From Scyliorhinus canicula (Eukaryota), in the NCBI RefSeq assembly GCF_902713615.1, contig NC_052157.1, positions 147,041,171 to 147,105,170 on the forward strand: a stretch of DNA of 64,000 nucleotides. The letters are read 5' to 3'. This document shows positions 24,150 through 36,151 of the stretch, one piece after another. The notes under the pieces are model-generated. The model was not told the origin of the DNA, searched no databases, and saw nothing but the letters and a program-made list of their open reading frames with translations. The position numbers were made by a program, and so were the translations under genes. Each line of letters opens with the position of its first letter. Position 1 is the stretch's first letter.

Positions 24150-24950
24150 TCTGTGTGTGTGTTTTTATCCACAAGTGCTGTCTCTCCAGCGCCCAGGCTC
24201 TGCTGCTGCTGCTGCTGCCTTTCAGGCAGCTGGGCCTCCCAGTGACGCGTTACCATGGAAGCGCCTCTTCACCTCCCCGTCGAGGGACCGCGACACGTCC
24301 GCCCAGGAACATAGTCCCCGAGAGAAATTCAACGAAACGGAGCGCTAATTGCAAACAAAATCAAGAGCTCTTCCAGGATTTGTTTTAGCTCCGTTGCGCG
24401 TTTTGTTCCTGACTCCGTTTCTCTTCTCGGTTCCCGATTCGATTTGTTTTCCGTATCGATCCGCGGCGGCGCAGCGTCGGCCCGCCCCTCCAGCGGCTTC
24501 AAAATGCCCGGCGGGATTCTGCTTCTTGAGGCCGCTGGACGTCCTCTGGAGGCGGAGGCGCGGGGGGGAAGAATGTGTGTTTAAGGCTGGATGGGGGAGA
24601 GGAAGGAGCAATGGGACCCGCGGCATTGGAATGTCCGAGTTAATTTACGTGCGCCCGAACTTCCATCCGGAACTGAATTCGGAGCCTGCGTTCTGAAGTC
24701 GCCACGGGGGGCGATCGATGGGGACGGACCCAAAACTCGGCCGGAAGTAGCCGGACACCAAAGCAAGGCCGGAAGTCGGGAGCGGACGGCAGATGGACCC
24801 CAAACCTCGGTCGGAAGTAGTCGGGGGGCGACCAAAGGAGCGGACTCCTCTTCCCCAACCCTCGGCCGGAAGTTGAACGGGGATGGTGGAGCGGGAGCTC
24901 AGCGATGAGGAGTTGCTCTCATTGGACCTGGGTTTGTTTTGCACCGGTGA
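24150..24950. promoter_or_regulatory. CpG-rich bidirectional promoter region between LIAT1 (-) and EXO5 (+)
   Basis: High GC and CpG density against an AT-rich background. (C/T)CGGAAGT ETS-type motifs at 24741, 24769, 24811 and 24866. Candidate LIAT1 exon-1 donor ATG|gtaacg at 24254 (minus strand). Confidence 0.75.
24883..24931 (+). CDS. EXO5: EXO5 coding exon 1 (MVERELSDEELLSLDL)
   Basis: Resembles the human EXO5 N-terminal LSDSEFLEFLDL (recalled). Donor G|gtttgt is weak but phase 1, which fits exon 2. Confidence 0.65.
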
Positions 24951-24959
24951 TGTACATGA

Positions 24960-25278
24960 TGATAATAATAATCTTTATTATTGTCACAAGTAGGCTTACA
25001 TTTACACCACAGTGTGAAATGTTACTGTGAAAATCCCCATTCCACATAATTAAAAAAAATAAATTTAGAATACCCAATTAATTTTTTCCAATTAAGGGGC
25101 AATTTAGTGCAGCCAATCCACCTACCCTGCACACCTTTGGGTTGTGGGGGTGAAACCCACACAAACACTGGGAGAATGTGCAAACTCCATACGGACAGTG
25201 ACCCAGGGCTGGGATCGAACCTGGGACCTCAGTGCTGTGAGGTAACAGTGCTAACCACTGCACCACCGTGCTGTCCCC
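24960..25278 (-). mobile_element. (ATT)n SINE tail fragment plus a short A-tailed V-SINE
   Basis: Tail at 24960-25040; short variant at 25052-25278. Confidence 0.75.
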
Positions 25279-25334
25279 CCTTAGCCACATTATTAACATG
25301 TTACCCTTGGATGAGCCGTTACACGGTGCACCCA

Positions 25335-26215
25335 CCTTGGGTAGCAGTGATTCGGTCAGAAGGCTGTGGGTCCAGGTCTCCCTGTCAGACCTGGTTGCAG
25401 AAATCTGGGTGGTCACTCCTGGTGCAGTAAAATAACAATGTTCTGGAAAGCTTAAGCAGGTGTGGAAGCGTCTTGCGGGGTGGGGTGGGGGAGGATGAGA
25501 AACCGTTAACATTTCTAGTTTGGTATAGCTTCTTCAGGACCCCAGATGTCTCAGTGTGGCGCTGTGGGGGTGCTGCACTGTCGGTGGTGCTGTCTTTCGG
25601 ACAAGATAGTAAATAAGCCACGGCTCTGTTTGCCCTTTCCAGTGGATGTTAAAGATCATACGGCACTATTTTCGAAGAAGATGAGGGGAATTCTCCCTTG
25701 TGTCCTGACCTGGATTCCACTTTCCGCATCATCTCGATTAGAATCATAGAATCCCTACAGTGCAGAAGGAGGCCATTTGGCCCATCGGGTTTGCATCGAC
25801 CCTCTGAAAGAGCACCCTACCTAGGTCCCCTCCCTATCCCCATAACTCCACCTAACCCGGACGTCTTTTAAGGGGCAATTTATCATGGCCATCCACCTAA
25901 CTGGCATATTTGGACTGTGGGAGGAAACCGGAGCACCCTGAGGAAACCCACGCAGACATGGGGCAAACATGCAAACTCCACCCACGGCAAGAATTGAACC
26001 CCGGTCCCTGGGACTGGGGTGACAGTGCTAACCAGTGTGCCATTGTGTTGCCATTATTCGGCCATTGTCACATTACTGTTTTAGAGCTGTCTGTAGCAAA
26101 TTGGCTGTTGCTCTTTCTACATTACTATAATGATTATTGTTTAAAGATATTTCTTCACCTGTAAAGTGCTTTAGGATGTCCTGAGGTGGTAAAAGATGAT
26201 GCCTGGATGCCAGTC
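25335..26215 (+). mobile_element. DeuSINE copy split by a V-SINE (25738-26050, minus strand) in EXO5 intron 1
   Basis: GGCACTATTTTCGAAGAAGATGAGGGGAATTCTCCC before the insert; CTGTAAAGTGCTTTAGGATGTCCTGAGGTGGTAAAAG after it. Confidence 0.65.
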
Positions 26216-26464
26216 TTTCATTTAAGAACAGGCAAGTTCTCAGTAACCTGACCAACCTTCTTTTCACAACTAACCACCAAAACAGAAAATGGCCCCGCCC
26301 GTCGTCACCGGAAGTCCCATGGAAAAATGCAAGAGGGAAGTAAACGTGTGTGATAGTTACTGTACCTTGATGCAGACCGAGATGCCTAGAATTGGGAAAT
26401 CGCCACACATTTGCAAGGAGGGAAGAAGGAAGGCTGGCATTTATCCAGTGCCTCGGGGAGCTCT

Positions 26465-26650
26465 CCATGCACCTCAGAGCCAATGAAGTGCTTTTGAAAT
26501 GTCAGTGTTATAATGTAGGGAAGCATGGCAACCAATGTGCATACAGCAGCTTCCACAAACAGCAATAAGACAAATGTCCTGACCATCTGCTTTAGTGGTG
26601 TTGATTGGGGAATAAATGCTGGCCAAGTGGGAAGATACTGGAATAATCTT
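26465..26650 (-). mobile_element. DeuSINE 3' fragment
   Basis: Reverse complement of the same core and tail. Confidence 0.55.
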
Positions 26651-26987
26651 TGCGAAAACAATTGGCAGCACGGAGTGCAATTAGAGTTGCCAGATTATTG
26701 ATCAACAGCACTACCCAATTGTCATTAAACTTTGTGCATTATGCCGCCTGTATCAGATGGTTGTACTCCGGAATGAGAGTGCAGTTACTTGTCTGTGTGA
26801 GATTATAATGGCAGAGACCTGATGCAGTTTTGTCATTTGTTTCATAGACCGCTTGGGTGCTGGGAATAATTTGTTTTCTAGTTTAGAACCACTGAAATTT
26901 TAAATTCATTTGAAAAGAATGCAGAGAGAGGTTTACAGAAATATATAAATATATCCAATGACCTATTGCCTCATTGCTGAATCATAG

Positions 26988-27084
26988 AAAGGCCTGAACT
27001 GTGCGAAGGAAGCAATGGCCACAATTCAAGCAGATCTGCTGAATCTTCTTGTACAGACCAAGGAAGAGCCAAAGCCACTAGTAG
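26988..27084 (+). CDS. EXO5: EXO5 coding exon 2 (ERPELCEGSNG...RAKATS)
   Basis: Acceptor catag| and donor AG|gtaatt; 97 nt, phase 1 to 2, open frame linking exons 1 and 3. The peptide is low-complexity, so support comes from splice sites and phase. Confidence 0.65.
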
Positions 27085-27847
27085 GTAATTTTAAGGATTT
27101 AATACTATTTGTAATATTGCGACTAATTTTTGCAGTACAAAGGTCTTGATCTGGAGGTCTGAACTAAAAACAAAGTGCTGGAAAAACTCAGCAGGTCAGA
27201 CAGCATCTGTGGAGGGAGAGACAGAATTAACGTTCGAGTTCGTACAAAACTCTGGAACTGAAGAGTGATAGAATGTGATGGGTTTAATGCTGTTGAAAAG
27301 GGTTCGGGTGAACAAAAGAGAAGGTCAGGGATGTGCTAGAGGGTGGGAGAGATTAAATTACAAAGATGTAATGGAACAAAATGCAAAGGGAGTGGTAATG
27401 GTAGTAGTAAAGAACAAAGCATTGCTTTATCGTGGTTTGAAGGTGTGTGTTCGATTGCTGTTCTGTGGGTTTTATGACTGAATATTTCACCATGCAATTT
27501 ATTTATCTCAAAGGCTTGTTCTAGCAATTTTTAAATCGTTATTGATGAAGGGGCCCCTTTTAAACACAAATACTGCCCTTCTGAATCTTTTTATCCTTAC
27601 GGAGTGAAATTATTATTTTGGAGGCAAACAACTTTGGGTTTAACAATCCACTATTTAAAATCCATTCCCTGTAATTGCATGCATCAAAGCGACAGGATTC
27701 CCTGGTTTTGACAGTGGGTCATTAATTACAGGCGTTTCCCGCTTTACCACTAAACGGATAAATTGATGCCGAGCTTTTCTTTGCTTAACTTTCTTCTGTC
27801 TCCTGTCATTGGAAAGTAAATTGGGCAAACAACCTTTTTCCTCCTAG

Positions 27848-28113
27848 TGGAAACGAGCAATCCTCCAGTCGGCCGGACCTGTCGGTGCAGGAAAGTGAGC
27901 CACCCTGTGAGGGCAACGGCAGCAAAAGGAGAAAGCTGGACGGAAGGATCCCACTGGAGCGGTTCGGCTGGAAGTACCTGAGTGTCACCAACCTGAGCCA
28001 ACAGGCTTGGTGCGAGCAGCAAGTGGTTTATGGGATGGAACTACCACACATTCAACAGCTCCGGGAAGAAGTTCCAGTTGTGAGAGCCGGCAGCTGTCTG
28101 CACCTGGCAAGAG
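27848..28113 (+). CDS. EXO5: EXO5 coding exon 3 (...PLERFGWKYLSVTNLSQQAWCEQQ...AGSCLHLAR)
   Basis: Acceptor ttttcctcctag|T and donor G|gtatct; 266 nt. Resembles EXO5 [22 protein letters not shown]...GASIHLARE; contains the first Fe-S cysteine (WCE). Confidence 0.92.
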
Positions 28114-29455
28114 GTATCTCGTCACACCAGAATGAAATGTTGCTTGTGGCCCAGCGTCACGGCGATATTGGCAGAAACCCCATGGTACTAAGGTGCAGAT
28201 CTGTGCGAGACTCAATCTCAGTGCGAATAGTTGAACTGTATAGTACTGATGCCTTTAAGGAGAAGCGAAGCGAGCACACGAGGGAGACGGGAATAGAGGA
28301 TTTAGATGAGGAACGTTGGGAGGAGGCTCAAATGGAGCATAAATTCCCACTAGCTGTGCATCATATCCAATGCAATGCTAAGTGGTACTTTTTAAGATTA
28401 CAGTCCCTCTTTGGGAAACCTGTAAGCAGGAATAAAGTGCTTCCCACAATGCAAAAAAAGAAACAAGTAAAATCAAATGTCATTCATGCATAGCTCCTAA
28501 AAGCCAGTGCAAGAGCACCCATTGATATATTGTCTGTATTTTTCCACCCCTGCCCCACTAGGGGTCGCCGGGAGAATCAATAAAGGAGTAAAATCACTTC
28601 AGAAATTGGAATGGGGAAGAGAATTAAAGTGTTCCTGCACTTCAAGGCCAATAAAATGTCGACTTTCACCCGCACCATTAAATTGTTGGCAGTTGACATT
28701 TTTTAAAGAAAAATCAAGCTCCACAAATATGCTCTCCACGTTTGCAAGTGTCACTTTTAATTCCCAATTCCGAGTTTAAAAGGTCTTGTGCTCTGTGCTC
28801 AACAGGTATCTTAATCTTATAAACGTGTACCAATCGGTATTCCCACCAGGTTCAAAGGCTGCTGAAGCATTGACTCCGTACCCTCACTGGATCTACAGTG
28901 AAGGCAAGAATATTCCTAAACAGTAGCTGGAGTCATGTGTCTCTTGCCCTCCCAGTAGTTTCCTACATAGCGTTGTATTTTTGTGTTTCTAGTTTCTCTC
29001 CTATCTGCTCTTCTTTTGAAAGCACTAACGTGCTACGGGGTCCAGTACCTCATCCGTGACCATGTTTGCTTACAAGCCTAGGTAGTTAGTATTGGCTTGT
29101 GACTTGTTTGTGAGTCGCATCACAGCCAAATCCAATGCTATCTGCACGTGCCTATTTTTTGTCATTTGTAATCTAACTATACATTTATTATCTTTTCACT
29201 GATATCTTGGAAAATACAAGACTGCCGTTGAGGTTTAATTGAACCGCTAGTCCTGACAGTAGTTTAAGAACCAGGACTGCTTCATTGTTGAATGGGCTGG
29301 GATTGCATTCCCTGCCTCCTTCTAGTGCTAGGCTCAAAGTCTCCCATACCTGTCCAGTTTAATTCACATGGGAATGACAAGTCTGTTGCATATTGTGTAC
29401 ATAGTGTTGAGGGCCATGTACTGATGGAACTGTATTTCTGCCTCTTCCGTTTTAG

Positions 29456-29560
29456 AGTTGGAGGTCCATGACATTGTCCCGATAAATGTAGAGAGCCGGG
29501 AAGATAGCTGGGCTGTGAAGATTCTTAATCTTCTGTCAATGATCCCGTTCTTGCAAGCGG
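29456..29560 (+). CDS. EXO5: EXO5 coding exon 4 ([35 protein letters not shown])
   Basis: Acceptor ccgttttag| and donor G|gtatgt; 105 nt, phase 1 to 1. Resembles ELELHDLV...EDAWAIKFLN. Confidence 0.92.
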
Positions 29561-29689
29561 GTATGTAAAAGGCACTGGCAGGTCGGAGACTGCCTTTCTC
29601 TGTAAACTATTTTAATACGTTCAACACTTTTCTTTTTGCCGCAAAGCATCTCGGGCTCCTTCAGCGAGGAAATTTACTTTCAAGCCTTT

Positions 29690-30390
29690 TTACAGCAGAA
29701 TTACAGTGAGAAGAAGGCCACTTGGCCCATTGTATCTGCATCGTCTCTCCAAACGAGCATTATGACTTAGTTCCACTCTCTTGCCTTTTCCCGGTACCCC
29801 TGCACATTGTTTCTATTCAAATAATCATCCAATGCCCTCTTAAATGCCTCGCTTGCATCTGTCCCAAGCATATTTCCAGGCAGTTCATTCCAGACTTGAA
29901 CCATTCGTTGTGTGAAAAAGTTTTTCCTCGCATCACATTTGCTTCTTTTGCAAATCAATTTAAACCTGTGCCCTCTCCTTCTTGATCCTTTTACGAGTGG
30001 GAACAGTTTCTCCGTATCTATTTTGGCCAGCCAGTTCACGATTTTGAACACCTCTATCAAATCTCCTCTCAAGCTTCTCTTCTCCAAGGAGAACATTCCC
30101 AACCTCTCCAATCTATCCTCATAACTGACGTTTCTCATCCCTGGAACCATTCTTGTAAACTTGTTTTGTACTCTGCAATGAATTCACATCCTTCCTAGAG
30201 TGTGATGCTCAGAAGTGTACACAATATACGAGCTGAGGTCTCACCGGTGTTTTATGTAAGTTCAACATAACCTCCTTGTTCTTGTACCTTATTAATAAAT
30301 CCCAGAATACTATATGCTTTATTAGATTCTCTCTCCACCTGCCCTGCCCATGCAATGATCAATGCACAAACCCAGGTTCCTCTGCTCCTG
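29690..30390 (-). mobile_element. CR1-type LINE 3' fragment in EXO5 intron 4
   Basis: ORF 29767-30150: SYEDRLERLGMFSLEKRSLRGDLIEVFKI...RGHRFKL...KNFFTQRMVQVWN. Confidence 0.9.
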
Positions 30391-30492
30391 CACCCACTCT
30401 CGAATGGCCTGTTTGAATGGTGAAAGACCTTGTGGCTGACCATTCAGCTGTACAGTATGTCTAAAGAAGTGATATGGTTGTGCATTGTACAG

Positions 30493-30665
30493 GAGAGCAC
30501 GTGCGAGAGCTGCCAGTGTTTGGAGAGCTGGAGGGGATATTCGTGGTTGGTGTTGTTGATGAACTGCGCTATAATTCCAAAGGGGAACTGGAATTGCGTG
30601 AACTGAAAACTCGTAGTCAGCGAACATTTCCCAGTGCAGCCCAAAAAAAGAGTCATCACTTACAA
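30493..30665 (+). CDS. EXO5: EXO5 coding exon 5 ([41 protein letters not shown]...HHLQ)
   Basis: Acceptor tacag| and donor CAA|gtaagt; 173 nt, phase 1 to 0. Carries the RecB-family nuclease motif G.vDEL....ELKT. Confidence 0.93.
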
Positions 30666-31606
30666 GTAAGTGGCCGGAGAGAGAATTATTTGAAATGAAT
30701 CAGTTTTCACTGACTCACTTGTTAAACTATTGACATTAAACTTATTAAACTATTGACATTAAACCATCGCATAATATTTCCTATCTTTTGGAACAAAAAC
30801 GACTGGTCATTCCCAAACATCGTTGGACGAACATTGCCTGTTGTACTGGTAAAATGTATACCATGGATTACATTTAGTACCACCTCACAGTAGGTCAGAT
30901 GTATGTAACACTAACTCTACAGTCCAACAATGTCCATGGAGCCTTTGCACTTCAGTATATATTTGAAGTTGATATTGTGGGAATATTTTCACGGGATGTT
31001 TCTCTCTGGCTTATTTGGCAGCTTTCTCACCTCTGGATCGGAGGTTCAGATCTCCCACCAGGACTCAAATCCACAGACCGGTCCAGTAAACGGCCGACTA
31101 TTACTGGAGGTACCATCAGATGAGGTGTCAAACTTAACTGAAGTGCTATCTGTAAGGATCAGTAGTTCAGTTGGACATTAACAATCTTGGAGATACCTTA
31201 AAAACAAAAGTCTCTACATTTATTGCTGCTTTTGGTTCCATTTTCCCCTTCTTGTTCTGTTTTCAGCCAGTACTCAAAACATTTTTGGTTGAAGGACCCC
31301 TTATCCCAATGTATTAATAATTACGGTCTGCCTAGGACATCTTGCTTGCAAACATCAGCAACGCTGCACTCATCTGATGCCTCTCAGCAGTCTTGGTAAC
31401 CGCAGGTCTACCTCATGAACTTGGTGCCACACTCCATGCCCGTCCATTGGTGAAACAACCAGCGCTCCCTGCATGGCACATGTGGCCTCTGCACTCCGCT
31501 CCAGCTTCCTGTCTCACACTAAGTGTCTGGTTGACACTTGCTTGCCTGCGGATTCCCTGGAATCTACTAGACCCCAGCTTGAGATCCACAGTATTATATT
31601 ACTAGT

Positions 31607-31936
31607 GGGGCGGGGGCGCGATAGCACAGTCGCTTCACAGCTCCAGGGTCCCAGGTTCGATTCCCGGCTTGGGTCACTGTCTGTGCGGAGTCTGCACGTT
31701 CTCCCCGTGTCTGTGTGGGTTTCCTCCGGGTGCTCCGGTTTCCTCCCACAGTCCAAAGATGTGCAGGTCAGGTGAATTGGCCATGCTAAATTGCCCTTCG
31801 TGTCCAAAAAGGTTAGGTGGGGTTATTGTATTAAGAGCATTGGGCGGAGGTGTGGAGTTGGGTAGGGCACTTTTTCCGAGGGCCAGTGCAGACTCGGTGG
31901 GCCGAATGGCCTCCTTCTGCACTGTAGATTCTATGA
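31607..31936 (+). mobile_element. V-SINE with CR1-like tail, EXO5 intron 5
   Basis: B-box GGTTCGATTCC, central domain, tail GAATGGCCTCCTTCTGCACTGTAGATTCTATGA. Confidence 0.85.
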
Positions 31937-32164
31937 TATCAATCTCTGGAGATTCCCAACTCCCAGCACCCTTGAAAGTGTCTTCACTTACTTAAATGAG
32001 TGTTCAGTAATGTTCTCCAGATAACAAACAGACAAACCTTGTTAAATGTTTAATGATTAGAAAGTATCCTATTGCTCCCCCAAAATGAATCTTCAAAAAT
32101 GGCATTGTGTCAGACCCCATTTTAAGTTTTTTGATAGTTTGATAAATTCTCTGATCAAGCAATT

Positions 32165-32410
32165 CTATAACAACAGTGTTTTATTAAATTTGGAGTATCC
32201 AATTTTTTTCTCTCCCCCCCCCCCCCCCCCCAATTAAGGGGCAATTTAGCGTGGCCAATCTGCCTACCTTGCTCATCTTTGGGTTGTGAGGGTGAGACCC
32301 ACGCAGACCCAGGGATAATGTGCACACGTCACATGGGCAGTGACCGGGAACCAGGATTGAACCTGGGACCTCGGTGCTGTGAGGCAGCAGTGCTAACCAC
32401 TGTGCCACCC
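32165..32410 (-). mobile_element. Short A-tailed V-SINE with an internal G-run
   Basis: Same short variant; possible decayed TSD AACAA(C/T)AGT(G/A)TT. Confidence 0.8.
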
Positions 32411-33258
32411 CAACAATAGTATTATATATAAAGCACAATATTATTTGAATTCTTGAAAGGAAAACAACAAAAATATCTGTATCATGAGGTATTCCTTTAT
32501 AGATAACCTTTATGCAGTTCTTTCCTTCTAACATCTGCAAAATCTTGTTACCCGACTGTATCTTTCTACTCAGTTTGATAAAACACCACCCAGGAATAAT
32601 TAATATTCACCGATTAGTTCCTGGGACTTGTTGGATTCAAATGATTTGATACTCAAAAATATCAAATTATAAATAATTGGCTATTACACACATAACTGAA
32701 TCATTTTGCACCATGCATGTATTTGCAATATGTGACTCAGTTTCCCTCTAAGCCTGAAACAATGTAAGTAGTGGCATTGAATCTGACGGCTAGCTGATTG
32801 AAATACTACTTCATTTTTGTTACACTGAACAATATTCCTACCTCGAGCATGTCCCATTAATGTTTGTCGGACACCGCTGCTGCAGAATTATTGCCGTATT
32901 TTTCTACCTAGCAGCTCTAAATAAAATAAAATGCAGTCCTCTGAGATGTTTCAACGACAGAACTCACTATAAATGGCAGTATTTATTTCTTGGTGTCGTT
33001 GATTTCTGGTTTAAATCACATTCAGCAAATTAAATGACAAAATGCCTTGGCACACAATCTTACTGCAGTCCATCTGGGAAGAGGGTATGGGTTGCTGTAA
33101 GGACACTTTTCATGCTTTATAGTCCAGGCACAATCTATGCCACACCACCAGGGAACCAGTGATGACCTCCAGTGTGAAATGAATAGAAAACAGATGTTGG
33201 AGTGATCTTGTCACTGTGCTACTATCATCTAGTAAAACTAAATCCCTTCTATTACCAG

Positions 33259-33726
33259 GTTAGTATATACAAACTTCTCTTTGAGGCTATGATCAAAGGC
33301 CAACTGAACAAAGACGTCATCACTCAGCATCTTCACCTACAGACTGAGCAGCCGCTTGGGTCAGAGGTTCTCGGGCATGCTCACAAGGTGGGATTTACCG
33401 TAAACACATTTGGCGACCTTCTGGACTTAATGTTGCTAAACCTGACATACGCAGAGATCCCTGACGTTGACACCATGACGATAGAATACTGTCACCAAGC
33501 AGATGCCTCTGTGATCGGAACAGAAGTGGTGCGCTTTGAAGAGGAGTGGGTTAAAAGCGAGCTGAAGCATTATTGCTCCTTCTGGAAGGGCCAGAGGGAG
33601 GCCAAGGGCGTGGATATCGAGGAGGCGTGGAAATGTCGGTACTGTGACTTTGCAGATATTTGTGAGTGGAGACAGAGCAAATCTGAAGAAGCTACACAAA
33701 AGAATCGAGCAAATCAAAGCAAATGA
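33259..33726 (+). CDS. EXO5: EXO5 last coding exon (VSIYKLLF...EEAWKCRYCDFADICEW...QSK*)
   Basis: Acceptor ttaccag|GTT, phase 0; TGA at 33724-33726. C-terminal CxxC-x5-C Fe-S ligands. Spliced CDS is 1158 nt (385 aa). Confidence 0.93.
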   Translation, partial: VSIYKLLFEAMIKGQLNKDVITQHLHLQTEQPLGSEVLGHAHKVGFTVNTFGDLLDLMLLNLTYAEIPDVDTMTIEYCHQADASVIGTEVVRFEEEWVKSELKHYCSFWKGQREAKGVDIEEAWKCRYCDFADICEWRQSKSEEATQKNRANQSK

Positions 33727-33749
33727 GAATTGTAGCCAACTTGTGCCCG

Positions 33750-33845
33750 TACCAGCCTCCCCGAACAGGCGCCGGAATGTGGCGACTAGGGGCTTTTCAC
33801 AGTAACTTCATTGAAGCCTACTCGTGACAATAAGCGATTTTCATT
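33750..33845 (+). mobile_element. SINE tail fragment immediately after the EXO5 stop
   Basis: CCCGTACCAGCCTCCCCGAACAGGCGCCGGAATGTGGCGACTAGGGG..., as in the 45588-45780 copy. Confidence 0.75.
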
Positions 33846-36151
33846 TTGTGGCTTTTAAACAGGGACCATCAAATTCTTTTCATGACTGGAAGCATGCTGC
33901 AGGCAGGATACCACATTAGAACACTTAATACTGGAGTCCTCTCCATAATGGCAGCACACCAATTTCAGCGTGACTCAACCGTCCAAACTGGGCAAATATA
34001 GTACGGGAATGCATTAATGCCTTTCTGTTGCCTCACAGACCTGGAAAGCAGTTTCCGGCTGCACTGAATGATCGTCTGTTTGGATGTGAAATGCCTAATT
34101 TTACCGATTAACTGCTGTTAATTTTTATGGCATTTTGGATAGATGTGACAGCCAGCAGACGAGGTTTGTCCTGAGTCAGTGTCTCCTGCAGCAACTGCTG
34201 AAATTGGCCTTTTCTTTTGAAATGGAAACTTTGCCATTCATATTTTTGTACAAGTTTCCGGACATTAAATTAGCCAATGTGAAAGAAAAAGTGCTTGCGT
34301 TTCTCCAATGCCATTCACAGCTGCAGGATACCCAACGTGCTTCACAGCCAATGTAATAATTTTGAAGTGCAGTGACTGTTATAAAGTGGGATCTCATTTT
34401 CTTGTGATGTACTGATTATACTAACTGATGTAAGTGATGGTCCACTTGTCAAAGTTCTCTTATCGGACCTCTTTGCTGTCTGTCTATGCACTACAGCATA
34501 AGCATTCTTAATGATCGTGTCCAGGCTATCCCTTGATAATCAAGAAACCATAATTATAAGCTGTAAGGAGGGAGTTTGGAGGAAAAGTAATTCTTTAAGC
34601 AGCCATTCCACTTTTCAGTCCTTCATCCTCCCCACCTCCCTCCTTCGAAAGCACCGACTACTTGGTAGGACTTGGTTCCAGATAGCTCATCTAAGTAGCC
34701 ATGTTTCACGGAGCAGCGGTATCACGTGTGCACTATGCTTGTTGTCACCCAACATTTACTGGGGTCAACAGAATTGCAGAACCCCCAGTAAATTCAGCCC
34801 TTTCTACCTTGTCTGTATTCGGTTGTAGCTCCCCTCCTGCTCTGGCTGAGGTCAGTAAGCACACTCTCAGATTGAATTTAAGATTTTTCTGATGTGGCTG
34901 GATAAATTCATTGAGCCATTCTGGAAAATGATCTTGAAGGCAAACTGCTTCGGGTACACCCATTGATCTTATTTGATCTCTCAATCGACGCTCGTTTCAG
35001 CATAGAGCTCGACTCAGAAGATTTACATTGTATATGATAGGACGATCCTTATGCTCTCTCCCACCACATGTTGGGGCACCAGCAGGTGATGCAATACTAT
35101 ATCGATTTTCACAATTGAGTTTCCGCCACTGGCCATTTCAAAAGGGGCAGAGAAAAGTTGAAAAAGTGTTGCCCTTGAGCTGCTATTGGGCATCTCCCAG
35201 TAGATAGCAGGAGACATGCACAGAAAGTTCAAGGAGTAAATCATCTGCCCACCTCTAGGAGGCAAGCAGCCTACGGAAATATGTATAGGAATAAAACTGG
35301 ATTTGGTAGAGGGGGGTGAGATGGGGTGGCTGAGGGGGTGACTCTTCCAGACAACCAAGGTTGATCTATCTTGAATGGCAGGTTGAGGCTTTCTAGTTAC
35401 ACAGTAGAACAGTAGCCTGTGAATCTTTACAATGTGTTCATGCAGAATTTATGCGTCCAGTATTGCAAGATAATACAACTATTTATTTTAAATGGCTAAA
35501 TAGGAATTTCATAGGAAAATATTATCCCATAGTGTAATTCATTAATAAGCTAGATTTTACAATGTTTTAAAGTTTTAAAAATGCCTGAATTGAGTAATTT
35601 GGTAAGATAGAATACATAGTCCTTGCTGTAAAGCTCAATACACTACGTACACATGTTGCACTGATAATTTCCTTCATGGTTTCATCCTCTGAACAATCTC
35701 TGCTATTATTGTAATGTTTTGTGTCCATTCCTCAATGGTTTCTTTAGTCCAGAGTATTTTAATAATATAATATACGGCTTAATCTGCACGTGTCATTTTT
35801 ATAGTAAAAAAACACTAATGCCCCTTGTACTTAAAAATGTAATGTTATTTTACCTGTCTAAAGTGTCAATGTATTCACAGAGGATTCAAGTACTTGTGAA
35901 GTCTGACTCCGCCGAATTCTGTAGTTTTAGCAGTATTAGCATGGACGATGTGCTTGTTACATACGTTATTTGTCTCACTATATCTCTGTGTACATGCATG
36001 TGACTGGCATCGTTACGTATGCATTCTGGGGGGGGGGGGGGGGGGTTTATTTCAGAATAAATGTTTGGAATAAAGAGAAACTTGTAGCATTTGTGGAAGT
36101 CCATTATCCACTATTTTACTGGGGAGTCAACTTCTTTCAAATGTACATATT

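Noticed and set aside
24345-24944. Cluster of 70-115 aa ORFs on both strands
   Set aside because: Expected in a stop-poor CpG island. Only the MVERELSDEELL start has homology and phase support.
28114-28121. GTATCT donor resembling a U12-type splice site
   Set aside because: GTATCTCG does not match the GTATCCTT consensus, and no U12 branch site is evident.
27885-28493. 202-aa ORF taken as a single-exon protein
   Set aside because: EXO5 similarity ends at the donor at 28113. The remainder is intron read-through, kept only as a low-interest finding.
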